DNA of 63,378 nt, filler included, from Octopus bimaculoides (lineage: Eukaryota): NCBI RefSeq assembly GCF_001194135.2. It is 5 parts of 5 records of this genome, joined end to end, with 100 filler letters (N's around TTAATTAATTAA, not from the genome) between each part and the next. Parts side by side here need not be neighbours in the genome. Positions count along the whole stretch, not along the records: positions 25,476 to 46,627 come from NC_068992.1; 4 more parts are not named here. One strand, given 5' to 3'. The position numbers and the translations under genes were made by a program. The notes below the pieces were generated by a model that was not told where the DNA came from, did not search any database, and saw nothing but the letters and a program-made list of their open reading frames with translations. Of the stretch, positions 25,476-36,530 are shown one piece after another; position 1 is the first letter of the stretch; each line of letters starts with the position of its first letter.

Positions 25476-25942
25476 ATTTCAATTTGCAACAGATCACCCG
25501 ATAGAGATCTCAGAAACTGTGCCACTAACTCAAAGACAAACCAGACCCAAGACCATGTTACCCGTTCCAGAGTATGGACCAGACAACCCAAGACGATCCA
25601 AGAGAACCCGTAAAACCCAAGAGAGACTTTGCTGTTGATACTTCTTGTGTAGCATCAATTTCAGTGGGGAGGTGTTATATGGACTGTTAGATATGTAATT
25701 CGTCTGACGTTCCGTGTGTCACTGTGGTTCGTCTGAGTTCATTGTTTCATTGTTGTTGTCTTGTGTGACTGTCGTAGTAAAAGGTCATTGATATATATAT
25801 ATATGGCGGACATGACTTTTGTTTATTCATAACGAACATTGGGTGAGTGCGTTCTTTATATGTAATTGAATAATAAACGTAATAATTAAATTTGTATAAC
25901 TCGTTGTGTTATCTCTGCGAGTCTTCTGAGGGAAATACAACA
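25476..25942 (+). mobile_element. LTR retrotransposon 3' end: ORF tail, PPT and 270-bp LTR
   Basis: ORF tail ...PRRSKRTRKTQERLCC*; purine tract AGTGGGGAGG (25663-25672) abuts TGTTATAT (25673); LTR ends ATACAACA (25942), a 7/8 inverted match; AATAAA inside. Confidence 0.8.
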
Positions 25943-25958
25943 AGGATATTTATTAACA

Positions 25959-26172
25959 ACAATTTCAGCTTGGAAGGTATTTATAAGCCATTTAAAAACA
26001 CACAAAAACCGTCCGTGCTGCATCAGATGCAGCACTGAATTTTGTCAGTGAGCAAGTCGCGGTCTCAAAGCGACGAAAATATTTTGGCAAATTAAATTTA
26101 AATGTTGAAGTGAATCTAACGGTTTTTGTGTTTTTAAATGGCTTATAAACACCTTCCACGCTGCAACTGTTT
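25959..26172. mobile_element. Palindromic MITE
   Basis: About 50-bp TIRs CAGCTTGGAAGGTATTTATAAGCCATTTAAAAACACACAAAAACCGT / ACGGTTTTTGTGTTTTTAAATGGCTTATAAACACCTTCCACGCTG. Confidence 0.8.
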
Positions 26173-27529
26173 TTGTTTTAGCACACGATCTCAGATTATG
26201 TCACTTATTATGCAAGTACATCTCCGTAATATTTATCAACTTTACAAGAAAAAGATTGATAATGGCCTCGAGTGTTCCACCTTGCTCGTCTTTCCCTGGC
26301 TATTTGACGAAACTTCGAGGTCAATGTCAACCTATTTTGTAAAAGCGCACGCGCCTCTGTATGTGTGTGTGTCTATGTGTCTTAGGTACGAAATCGCTAA
26401 ACTCGCACATGTATACGTGTATTTCTCTGTGTGTGTTCGTGTCTGCGTGTGTGTCGTAGAAATGAACACCTTTGTAAATGATTAAATTCTCTATCCTATA
26501 AGTTGATGATATTCTCGTTTATAGAATTAACAATAGCTCTCTAAGGGAATTGTATTGTTCGGTCTATGTAGTTTATATAATCCAATGAGATTTATACAAT
26601 CTAATGTTAGAAGACTTGATTTAGCATTTTACATTCTTTTAATACAACCTCAATACCATTTCGAAACTCAATCTTACCATCAAAGTGTACTTGTTACCTC
26701 GCCTCTCTAACACTTAGCAGAAAACCAATCCCAGCATAGTTTACTCGGTTCTCTCGTCACATATACGTGTTAAGTTTCGGTTTCGTAAGTTTTTTGTTAG
26801 ATAATGGATAGCTCATAACTAGAGCAATTTTTTTAAGCTAAAGAATTGCTTGATTTTAATCTTATATTTTAACTTTATTGACAAATGTTAACCTTCTTAT
26901 TGTTAATAAATCCATAAACACTAGAGAGTTCACTCTAATTTTGATTAGTTTATGATATATTAGTATTATCAAATCAATTTTAAAACATAACTTTTGTGAA
27001 AATTCGTCGTAGTACAATATGACATAATCAACATATATAAATTTGTTAGTGTCTCTGTTCCAGTATCAGACCCCGTGAGTGTCAGCATGTAATTTTTTTT
27101 TTCATTTGGACTTTAAAAATATAACATATAACGCGTCAAAAGTGAAAGAATAAGATCTATATTGTAATGTGATATAATATTGTTTCACTTTTATTCTTTC
27201 ACTTTTCACTCTAATGTGATAACACTAACATCATTTTATCTCTATTATATTTGAAATAAGTGAATAATTTATATCTTAATGTGAACAACATTACGCATCG
27301 GCAACTTTCCGTCTTTACGTCCACGGCAGCAGAATGGTGTGTCAGTGTATGTGTTGACTGACATAACGAACGGCTGGAGGTGAAACTTTTGACAAAAAGC
27401 AATGAGGTGGCTGGTCCAAGATATATAAAAATACACATTTACTGTTCAATTACCAGTTATAATTATCACAGCAATTGCAAGGTTGCAAGGTATTTACATT
27501 TACATATTTACCCTTAAATTAACATTTCA

Positions 27530-28250
27530 GGGTCAGCAAACTCATGCTGTAGCCCATCAAATGCAGTCTTAAAGCAGAAGCGAGATAAAACTTTCTCAAG
27601 ATCAGCAAAGGCATGTTGCAGCACGGTTGGTGGAGTCTCAATACAGAAGGGAGATGAAACTTTCCCAAGATCAGCAAACGCATATTGCAGCACTTCAGAT
27701 GGAGTCTCAAGAGAGAAGGGAGATCAGCAAACGCATGCTGCAGCACATCAAATAGAATATCAACACAGAAATGAGATGAGACTTTATCAAGATGATGTCT
27801 CAAGAGAGAAGAGTGATGAGACTTTCGCCAGATCAGCAAAGGTAAGCTGCAGCACTTAATGCTGAATCATTAAAATAGCGTTTTAATGGTTAGACAGAGG
27901 TCCAATAGAATAGCCGTCAGAAACAGACTATGTACAAATTGGTTCTTCATAACTCCTGGAGCTGCTTTGAGATATGATCCATCCAGTTCTTACAAAAATG
28001 ATAATTTTGTCCAAATTGGTGCGATAAACTCAAATTGTCCTTTCTGCAAAGCTTTAAAGTTCGCAAATGAAACTAATGTCATGCGAAAAAAATCATATCC
28101 CCGCTACTTTAAATCGCTTTAAACTCTCTAAAATTCTAAGTGGTTTATATGGTTGGAAATATAATTTCAAAGTGTTCATAGTGCATGATTTTGCAATTAA
28201 AAAGACTTTGCAATTATACAAGGCGGGTGAAAATTTATCAGCATTATCCT
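27530..28250 (+). pseudogene. Helitron RepHel N-terminal region (charged repeats plus Zn-binding segment), decayed
   Basis: Repeats like KLSQDQQRHVAARLVESQ.RRE, then AALRYDPSSSYKNDNFVQIGAINSNCPFCKALKFANET matching Helitron A(F/L).YDP..Y.....IG.M...C..C.ALKF..ET. Confidence 0.75.
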
Positions 28251-28254
28251 GTTT

Positions 28255-29172
28255 TTCTTCTAGCGCTAATTTAATCCGCTCAAGCTGCTCGCAGTAGATC
28301 TTTGTTATCGTTTGGTTTGGGTTTAAAAGTTCAAAGTGAACTAAAACTTTCATATCCCACCAAACAAATAACAACACCTTACGTGGATGAAGACCTTCTC
28401 TAGCCTGGGGTGCCGGTGTTTCTCCTTTCCATATCCACTTACTTCGATTCTTCATATTTTAATATAGAACCCATTTCTCGTCACCGGTCACTATTCGGTC
28501 CAAGAAAAGTTCATTCGTGAGACGTGACAGCAAAGAAGAGCACACATTCACTCTCTGCGCGCGATTAGACTCGGAAAGTTTGTGAGGAACCCATTGACCC
28601 AATTTGCTGACTTTTCCGATTGTTGAATGATCAAATTCAAGCTTCTCTGCTCGTTCCTCAACAGTTACGATGGGATTTCGTTCAAGCAGGGATTGCAGGA
28701 CGTCCTCGTCGATCTCTACAGGACGAGGCTCGTATTCTAGGCTGTAGTTTCTGGCTTAGAAACTACAGGACGAGGCTCTGTAGTTTCTGGCTTAGAAAAT
28801 ACAGTACGAGGTTCATATTCTAGGCTGTAGTTTCTGGCTTAGAATTTCTGGAACCACCGTTGACACTGGCTCATGCTTATTGTCCGATCCCTATATACTG
28901 CATTAATATTCCTCGCACTTTTCGTTGCGTTGTTACCTTCATTGAACAAAACAAAATATACCGAACACGCGCCTTTTTCACCTCCATTATAGCTTAGAAA
29001 AAGTAACTCTTAAAGTCAAACTGCACTCTTCAGCACTTGCACTAAGAATAAGTACAAGGTTAAATTACTATCTGCTTTTATAGCAAGTTGGTGCAGATAG
29101 TTTATCCCTTCCTCCTCCGACTTTTAGTTCATGCAATTGAAAAAAACGCATTATTTATGGGATGATCCGATA
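28255..29172 (-). mobile_element. Mariner (Mos1/SETMAR-like) transposon, 3'-truncated and pseudogenised
   Basis: 5' TIR TATCGGATCATCCCATAAATAATGCG; GNNATKSARNINAVY..RWFQKF (HTH), WVPHKL, IVTGDEKW (first catalytic D), LHPRKVLLFVWWD; frameshifts and stops. Confidence 0.92.
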
Positions 29173-29183
29173 TTTTTAATTAC

Positions 29184-31633
29184 GAGTGTAGGACAAAAGC
29201 CCTATAGTTAGAGTGTAAAAGTGGACAAGAGCCCTGCGGTTATATTTTTCGATTATTTTTTTCGTTTTTTTTTTCCCCCTTTTATTTGTTTCAGTCATTA
29301 GACTGCAGCCATGCTGGGGCACCGCCTTGATGAATTGTTAGTTGAACGTGTCGCCCCCAGAATTCTTTTTCCTTTTTACTTGTTACTGTTATTAGATAGC
29401 GACCATGCTGGAGCACCACCTTGAAGAATTTTTTGTAGAATGTATCGACTCTAGAACTTTTTTTTTATTTTTACTTATGGCAGTTATTAAACTGCGGCCG
29501 TGCCGGGGCACCATCTTGAAGAATTTTAGTCGAATGTAACGACTCAAGAATTCTTTTTAATGATTTTCAACCAGCGCATGAAGTTAGCTTAGAAGGTATC
29601 TCCACATACTAGAAATTTTTTATAACCCTCGTTTGTTTTTTTTCTAAAAATCTTTTTAGTTGTCTCAGACTGCAGCCATGCTGGGGCACTAGCTTGAAGA
29701 ATTTTTGCTCGAAGAAAAATCAACATTTTACAATATATATTTAAAGTCTTTTGTTTTCTTTTCTCAGCGCATAAAGATTAAAGTTGACTTTTTTAACTTT
29801 CTCCGGCCGTTGAAGGTCTAATAGAAAGCTAGTCATTCAAACGTACTTCTTATCGTTTTGCCTAAATAGGGAGATGGGTGTTTCTCCATAAAAATGACTA
29901 ATTCTGGTTTCTGTGAAGAAAAAATATGCCAGAGACATGTGTAATAATTACTTTCATTTTATGTGTGTGTGTGTGTATATATATATAGTCATTCAAACGT
30001 ACTTCTAATCGTTTTTATGTTTCTACACATTTCTTGAAGTAAATGCTTTCCCTTTTGTTAGAATTCATACAATATGTACATTGCGTAGTAAAGAATTTTG
30101 TGTTCTGTTATTCTATTATTGATGTTAAGGTTGATTTATTTACATTTTCAAACTTTAAAATTATTCTAAAAACGAGAAAAGACACAGAATATACCATTGT
30201 GAGGGACATAGATGTTTTGACACCGTTTTTTGATTGAATATATTTTGTCTACTTATAAATTGGTATTTTCGAAAATAATTTTTATTTTACAACCGCGATT
30301 TCTGTTTTTATCTACGTGAAATTGAAAAAAAAAATGGCGATCCTTCGATACTAGTCCATTACAACTTCCGGTCGTTGCGCGCACGCATACTGATTACATG
30401 ATCGTATAGTGTGTTTATGTGTTTAAAGTTTCAGTTCGGATGGCACCTTACTCACTCGCACCTTGGCCACACGTTTGCCGCAGCACGAAGGCAAGAGCAG
30501 CCATTCCTCTGTCCTTATTGCCTCTGTGGAGTGCTTTATTGCTTCCTCCTCCGTTGTGAAGCGCACTTCCACAGTGGCGTATCTCCTCCCTATACTGATT
30601 ACATGATCGTATAGTGTGTTTATGTGTTTAAAGTTTGAGAACTGTATGCATCTGAGGGGGAGAAGGTTTNNNNNNNNNNNNNNNNNNNNNNNNNNNNNNN
30701 NNNNNNNNNNNNNNNNNNNNNNNNNNNNNNNNNNNNNNNNNNNNNNNNNNNNNNNNNNNNNNNNNNNNNNNNNNNNNNNNNNNNNNNNNNNNNNNNNNNN
30801 NNNNNNNNNNNNNNNNNNNNNNNNNNNNNNNNNNNNNNNNNNNNNNNNNNNNNNNNNNNNNNNNNNNNNNNNNNNNNNNNNNNNNNNNNNNNNNNNNNNN
30901 NNNNNNNNNNNNNNNNNNNNNNNNNNNNNNNNNNNNNNNNNNNNNNNNNNNNNNNNNNNNNNNNNNNNNNNNNNNNNNNNNNNNNNNNNNNNNNNNNNNN
31001 NNNNNNNNNNNNNNNNNNNNNNNNNNNNNNNNNNNNNNNNNNNNNNNNNNNNNNNNNNNNNNNNNNNNNNNNNNNNNNNNNNNNNNNNNNNNNNNNNNNN
31101 NNNNNNNNNNNNNNNNNNNNNNNNNNNNNNNNNNNNNNNNAACCGAAAAATATAACCGAGGGGATTATTAGAAAGTTTCAAGAGATTTGGCTGTTATTTC
31201 TAGCATGTCGAGAGACCTTCTAGGCTTAACTTCATGCACTGGTTGAAAATCATCTAAAAAAAATTCTGGGGTCGATACAATCGACTAAACATTCATCAAT
31301 GTGGTGCCCCAGCATGGCCGCAATCTGACTGCAACAAGTAAAAAGAAAAACAAAAATAAATTATATCACAGAAGTGGTTTTGATTAAGCTTTAAAAAAAA
31401 TTCTGGGTTCCATACAGCCATCTAAAAATTCTTCAAGGTGTTGTCCCAGCATGGCCGGCCGTAGTCTAATAGCCGCAACAACAACAAAAAAAATTCTGGG
31501 GTCGATACATTCCCCTAAAAGTTCTGAAACCGAAAAAATTACCGAAAAATATAACCGTGGGGCATTTGTTCAAGGGGGTTTTTGTGCTTGGGAGCTTTTG
31601 TCCGAGGATCTAGGGGACTTTTGTCCGGACCCC
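29184..31633. mobile_element. Non-autonomous Mutator/Foldback-like element with 9-bp TSD
   Basis: TTTAATTAC at 29175-29183 and 31634-31642; termini GAGTGTAGGACAAAAG and (rc) GGGGTCCGGACAAAAG in register; inverted CGGTTATATTTTTCG / CGAAAAATATAACCG plus inverted SINE-tail arrays. Confidence 0.7.
30432..30669 (-). pseudogene. LINE ORF1 fragment (L1/Tx1-type)
   Basis: SIGRRYATVEVRFTTEEEAIKHSTEAIRTEEWLLLPSCCGKRVAKVRVSKVPSE has RRM-like ORF1 character; family assignment is inference. Confidence 0.55.
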
Positions 31634-31884
31634 TTTAATTACATATATATATGGGAGCACCAAAGACTTTCAAGTATTTACGGCCTCTATGGGTCTCAAT
31701 CCGGTCCTGCTGATGTGTATGTGAGCAAGTTTGTATGCGGAGATATTGTGTGCGTGTGTATATGTGTGTAGGGAAGCACGTGTGTATGAAGATTGTGAGT
31801 GTGTGTATGTGTATATATGGGAGTGCATATGATGCATGTGTATGTGTGTGAGTATACGCGGGTGTGATGTGTGCATGCGAGTTC

Positions 31885-31993
<109 letters not shown>

Positions 31994-32274
31994 GTGTAGA
32001 CGTGTGTATATGTGTGTGATGCTTTCAGATATGTATGTGTAAAGCTATCAGATATTTGTGTGCAAGCGCATCTCAGTATTGGCGCCTGCGTGTATGTAAC
32101 ACTGTTGTGTGCGTATGTATTGTGTTTATGTGTGAATATTGTGTGTGTTTATGTGTGTATGTTTGTGAGCAAGAATGCGTATCCCTGTTTTCGGTTGGTG
32201 TGTGTATATGGCCAGTTGGATAAAGTATGCGTGTATGAAATGTAATCCGGTATTCGTAATATTAGTATCATTAC

Positions 32275-32490
32275 TAAGACGGCGAGCAGAAAAAATTGTT
32301 AGCACACCGGACAAAATGCTTAGCGGCATTTCGTCCGTCTTTACGTTATGTCTTTAAAATTCCACTGGAGCCGACATTGCTTTTATCATTTCAGGGTCGA
32401 TAAGATAAATATCAGTTGATTGATGCAATCGACTGACCCTTCCCCAAAATTACCAGCCTTGTGCCAAAATTTGAAACAAATATTAGTATC
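32275..32490 (+). mobile_element. SINE family C
   Basis: GTTAGCACACCGGACAAAATGCTTAGCGGCATTTCGTCCGTCTTTACG...GTGCCAAAATTTGAAAC; several copies in the window. Confidence 0.85.
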
Positions 32491-32645
32491 ATTACTCGGA
32501 TACCGACGGGTCTAGTCAAATCATTAGTACATAAGCTATTTAAGTTTTCTGTCACAGTACATTTGTTCTCACAAATTATTTCAGTTTGGTCATAATACAC
32601 CTTTTCCGAAGAACATCATCACAATAATCACAGAGTATAGTATTG

Positions 32646-33332
32646 GGATCTTTTTGGTTTGACGGGCAACATTTGTTTTCTTAACGAAACACTTTCAAAC
32701 TTGGGATACTGATAGAATGTGTCATATGAAACATCTTTTTCTCTTAGCCTTCTTAACAAAAATTAGTTCTTAATAAGTTATTTCTTGTTAAAGTTGTTGT
32801 ATTTGTGTAATTTCAACCAATCACTGACGTCTATTCAGCTGAATACAGTTAGTGCCGTAGAATGTAAACAACATATTCTAACGGTGTTATGGGATGTTTT
32901 CCCTTGAATAAAATTAGTGCCGTTGTTTGTCAACAACAACTATCGGCGGTATTGTTATTTATAACATCGTTCGTGCGTTTGGGTNNNNNNNNNNCAAACG
33001 CACGAACGATGTTATAAATAACAGTACCGCTGATAGTTGTTGTTGACAAACAACGGCACTAATTTTATTCAAGGGAAAAGATCCCATAACACCGTTAGAA
33101 TATGTTGTTTACATTCTACGGTAGTAATTGTTTTCACCTCAATAGACGTCAGTGATTGGTTGAAATTACCGAAATACGACAACTTTTTACATGAAATAAC
33201 TTCGAATACAAAAATTTGTATCTGTTCTATAACACAAAATATACAAGTATACGAAGTTTGAAAGTGTTTCGGTACCAAAAACACTACATAAAACATAAAT
33301 GAAAAATGTTGCCCGTCAAACCAAAAAGATCC
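32646..33332. mobile_element. Palindromic MITE, Merlin-like (GG termini, 8-bp TSD)
   Basis: TSD TAGTATTG at 32638-32645 and 33333-33340; perfect terminal IR GGATCTTTTTGGTTTGACGGGCAACATTT; the halves are inverted copies around a 10-N gap. Confidence 0.8.
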
Positions 33333-34513
33333 TAGTATTGATGTTAACTTTTCATTTCGATGAACCAGTGTTAAAATTTTTCGCTATCCCAGAATCGTAC
33401 GAACTTGCTCTGGTGTCAACATTTTGTTTGCCAAGAACAATAATGTTGCTATATAATTTTTAAATAGACACCATAGGAGTTAACAGAAAGATCTTAAAAT
33501 TTTAAAATCGGGTTTATAAGTTTATAACCTGTAAGATACATAAGGGCAGCGAGTGCATTTTACACGAATGCGTTTGTTCATAATTGCCAGAATAAAAAGC
33601 TTATTCATTGTAGCCATAAGGAATTAATATTGAAAACTCCAAGTTCACTGAAAAGTTTGAATATTTTTAAATGTGTGTATTTGAGTAACATAGGAGTTAA
33701 CAGAAAGATCTTAAAATTTATAGATGAGCTGAGAATATCTATAAATGGTTGACAAAATATTCTATGTGTTTACTAGAAAATAATATTAAGTTAAATCATT
33801 GAAATTGAATTATGAGCTGAATGCTGAGTGAACTAAAGATTTATGGAATGTGAAATCATGTAGAGCTCGAGTAAGTGGTGAAACTGAAGAGGGGAAGCAA
33901 ATAAACATTTCAGAGAAGTGGAATAATAATAATCATAGTAAGAGGTGAAGGATAAGATGGTGCACCACGATTAAATTAAATTAAATAAGGATATGATGTG
34001 CTTCTAGTTTATGTGGGTAAGAATTGTATGATGAAATTCAAAGCGATTTGTGATAAAATCGGAACGTTATGAAGAATATGTGGAGACAAATGGTATACGC
34101 TTCATTTTGTTTGTTCTGCAATTATGGTGGATTATCGATAATACAAAAATAGTATTATATGGTACCTTCTTTTTCTTAAGGTTATGTGTGTGGTTTCCTA
34201 GTTAAGTAGATTTCATATTTAGGAGATTTAAAAGAGATCAGGTTTACAATTGACGGTGGCATAAATGTTTATCCTGATAGAGTCTGGTTGCTTGTTAAGG
34301 ACCTTGCATTTATAAACAACGTTCAATTTGCGACTGTTAGATTGTAATTGACAATTACTACCTACGTTACATTTGCATATCTTCCTTTTAGGTTCCATTG
34401 CACTATTTACTGTTAGTACTATTGCTAAAATATCTATCTGAAGTTAAATAGGATCTGTCAGATTCATTTCCCTCATATGCTACATTCCAAAGTATTGTCA
34501 GTTTATATAATGT

Positions 34514-35064
34514 CAAACACCTGCTGTCACGTGTAGGACGAATCCGGCTATTGGCCGAGTCCATCGTGAAGATCGCCCCGCCACCTTCATTTTGGCCGGG
34601 AAGGGCAGGCAGTGTTTCTTTGTGTGGTGGCCTTAACGAAAGAGGTTGTTTGGTGGACCAGGTTGAAACAGCTGAAGACAGATACGTTCCTCTTTGGCCA
34701 AGCCCTCATCAACTTTTTCAAGTTCCACTTGAAAACGAAAGTGAAGATAGAGCGGGAAGTACTGCCTCCCTGCAATTTTGTCAAAAGGTGGGTGAATGTA
34801 GTGCGAATAGCCCGAGTGAATATAGCGCAGCTTTAGATCAAGGTTGGATGGAAAGGAGAGGGTACTTGCCCTAGGGGTCAGGGTGAATAGTGGCTTTACA
34901 GGGCTTCCACGAGCCGCTCTTGTAAGTCTTCCTCTTTTGGGGATTTTACTTGTTATAACGTTTATTGTTTTTCCTTATTTACACGTTCCAATCCCACTCG
35001 CTTTGTATTGTCCTGTATCGTTCCCAGTCTTTTATATGAACCCTCAGTCGTTAATAAAGAAAAG
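34514..35064 (+). mobile_element. L1/Tx1-type LINE 3' end (ORF2 C-terminus plus 3' UTR)
   Basis: VALTKEVVWWTRLKQLKTDTFLFGQALINFFKFHLKTKVKIEREVL..FVKRW resembles Tx1-type ORF2 C-termini; AATAAA at 35053. Confidence 0.7.
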
Positions 35065-35065
35065 A

Positions 35066-35068
<3 letters not shown>

Positions 35069-35129
<61 letters not shown>
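35069..35129. repeat. (ATT)n, about 20 units; tail or target of the adjoining R4-like LINE
   Basis: Visible; directly abuts the 3' UTR of the minus-strand element. Confidence 0.9.
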
Positions 35130-35131
<2 letters not shown>

Positions 35132-36530
35132 GAAAACTCACAGCTTATTTTGCTGGGTATGAGGGAAAGTGTCAGCTGCCCACAGCCAGCAGACTAAGGT
35201 GACACTTGTTTACTGTTCATGCTTCAAGAACCCTGCGAAGAATTCTTGCAGTTCCAAGCAGTGATGATTTTTGTAGGTGTTCTAACTTCACACTTGCACC
35301 AATCTTTTTCAGCCAAGCTAGTAGTTGAGTGCTGATACTTCTAAGTGCATCAATTACAATTGGTATCACGTCCAGTCTATTCATTGACCGCAACCCTCGT
35401 ATTTCCTACTTCGAATCGTCATAATTGTTTATTTTTTCTTCTTTCAAATTGATCCTGTTCTCGCAGAGGCATGCTGTGTCGATTATCATGCATGTTCTTT
35501 CTTTTTTATTCACCACAACAATGTCTGGTCGCCGATGTCGGGTGATCGCACTGGATCATTGCATTGGATAGAATTTTGCAATTCTCATTTTCGGTGACTC
35601 CTTCTGGGGTTTGCTCATACCACGTCTTCCCTCTTTATAAGCCGTGATTTCCACAGAGCTCCCAATGTACCATTTTTTCCACATTGTCATGGCGTCTTTT
35701 GTATCCACGTTGTGCCAGTTTCAGGCATTTGCTAACGATGTGCCATACTGTTTCGCCCCTCTCACCACACATTCTGCATTTGTCGCTATCGGTAGTCTTG
35801 TCTATTCTGTATTTGATATAGTTGGTCCTTGACGCTTGTTTCTGAGCTGCGCATATGAGTGCTTCTGTCTCTATCTTCAGGTCACTCCTCATCATCCATA
35901 GTTACCAGTTCTCTGTATCTGTCTTCCTGTTCACATCTCTTGCAAACCGACAGTACATTTTCTTTTCCTTCCATGCTTTTTCTTTTCTTTTTGTTTTTTT
36001 CTTTGTTCATTTCTTGTTTAAATTTTTCTTTAGTAACACAATTTTCAGTGTTGATGACGCCGACCTTCTTCGTGTGTTTTAACAGTGTCTTCACAGCATT
36101 TTTTATATACCACCCTAGGCTGTTTTCCCCTGCTTCGATATAGTCCTGGCAACACATCAAACCTCTCCTGCCCTTTCTTCTAATCAAGTACAGCCTATCA
36201 GTGTCACTCTTAGGGTGGAAGGCAACCGTGTACTGTAAACATTTTTCTGGTCTTGGTATCCATTTTCTTTACTTCTCTCGTTTGCCATTTTATAATTCCC
36301 GCTCTATACCAAAGTGCTGCTACCGCCCATGTATTAACTGCTTGGATTTATTCCATACAGTCAACCTCAGACTTCGAAAATACTCCATCCTCAGTTAACC
36401 GGTTAAAATGTCTTACGGTTAAGTCGGCTCTTATGTATTTCCCTGAAGAGAAGATTACATCTTTATCAACATCACTCATTCCTTTTGAAAGAACCATTTG
36501 TAATCTTCGAAACATATGTCGGAAATAAAA
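35130..36530 (-). mobile_element. R4/Dong-like non-LTR retrotransposon 3' part (RT thumb, CCHC, RLE endonuclease), decayed
   Basis: QAVNTWAVAAL.YRAGIIKW, KGRRGL, EALICAAQKQASRTNY, CRMCGERGETVWHIVSKC (CCHC), RPDIVV...IID (PD..D RLE), (TAA)n tail. Confidence 0.9.

Noticed and set aside
27138-27206. 16-bp perfect inverted repeat (AAAAGTGAAAGAATAA / TTATTCTTTCACTTTT) as a terminator or regulatory hairpin
   Set aside because: AT-rich, 37-nt spacer, upstream of a Helitron remnant; no evidence of function.
29280-29720. CRISPR-like repeat/spacer appearance
   Set aside because: Units are diverged SINE 3' modules in a eukaryotic context, with no unique spacers and no cas genes.
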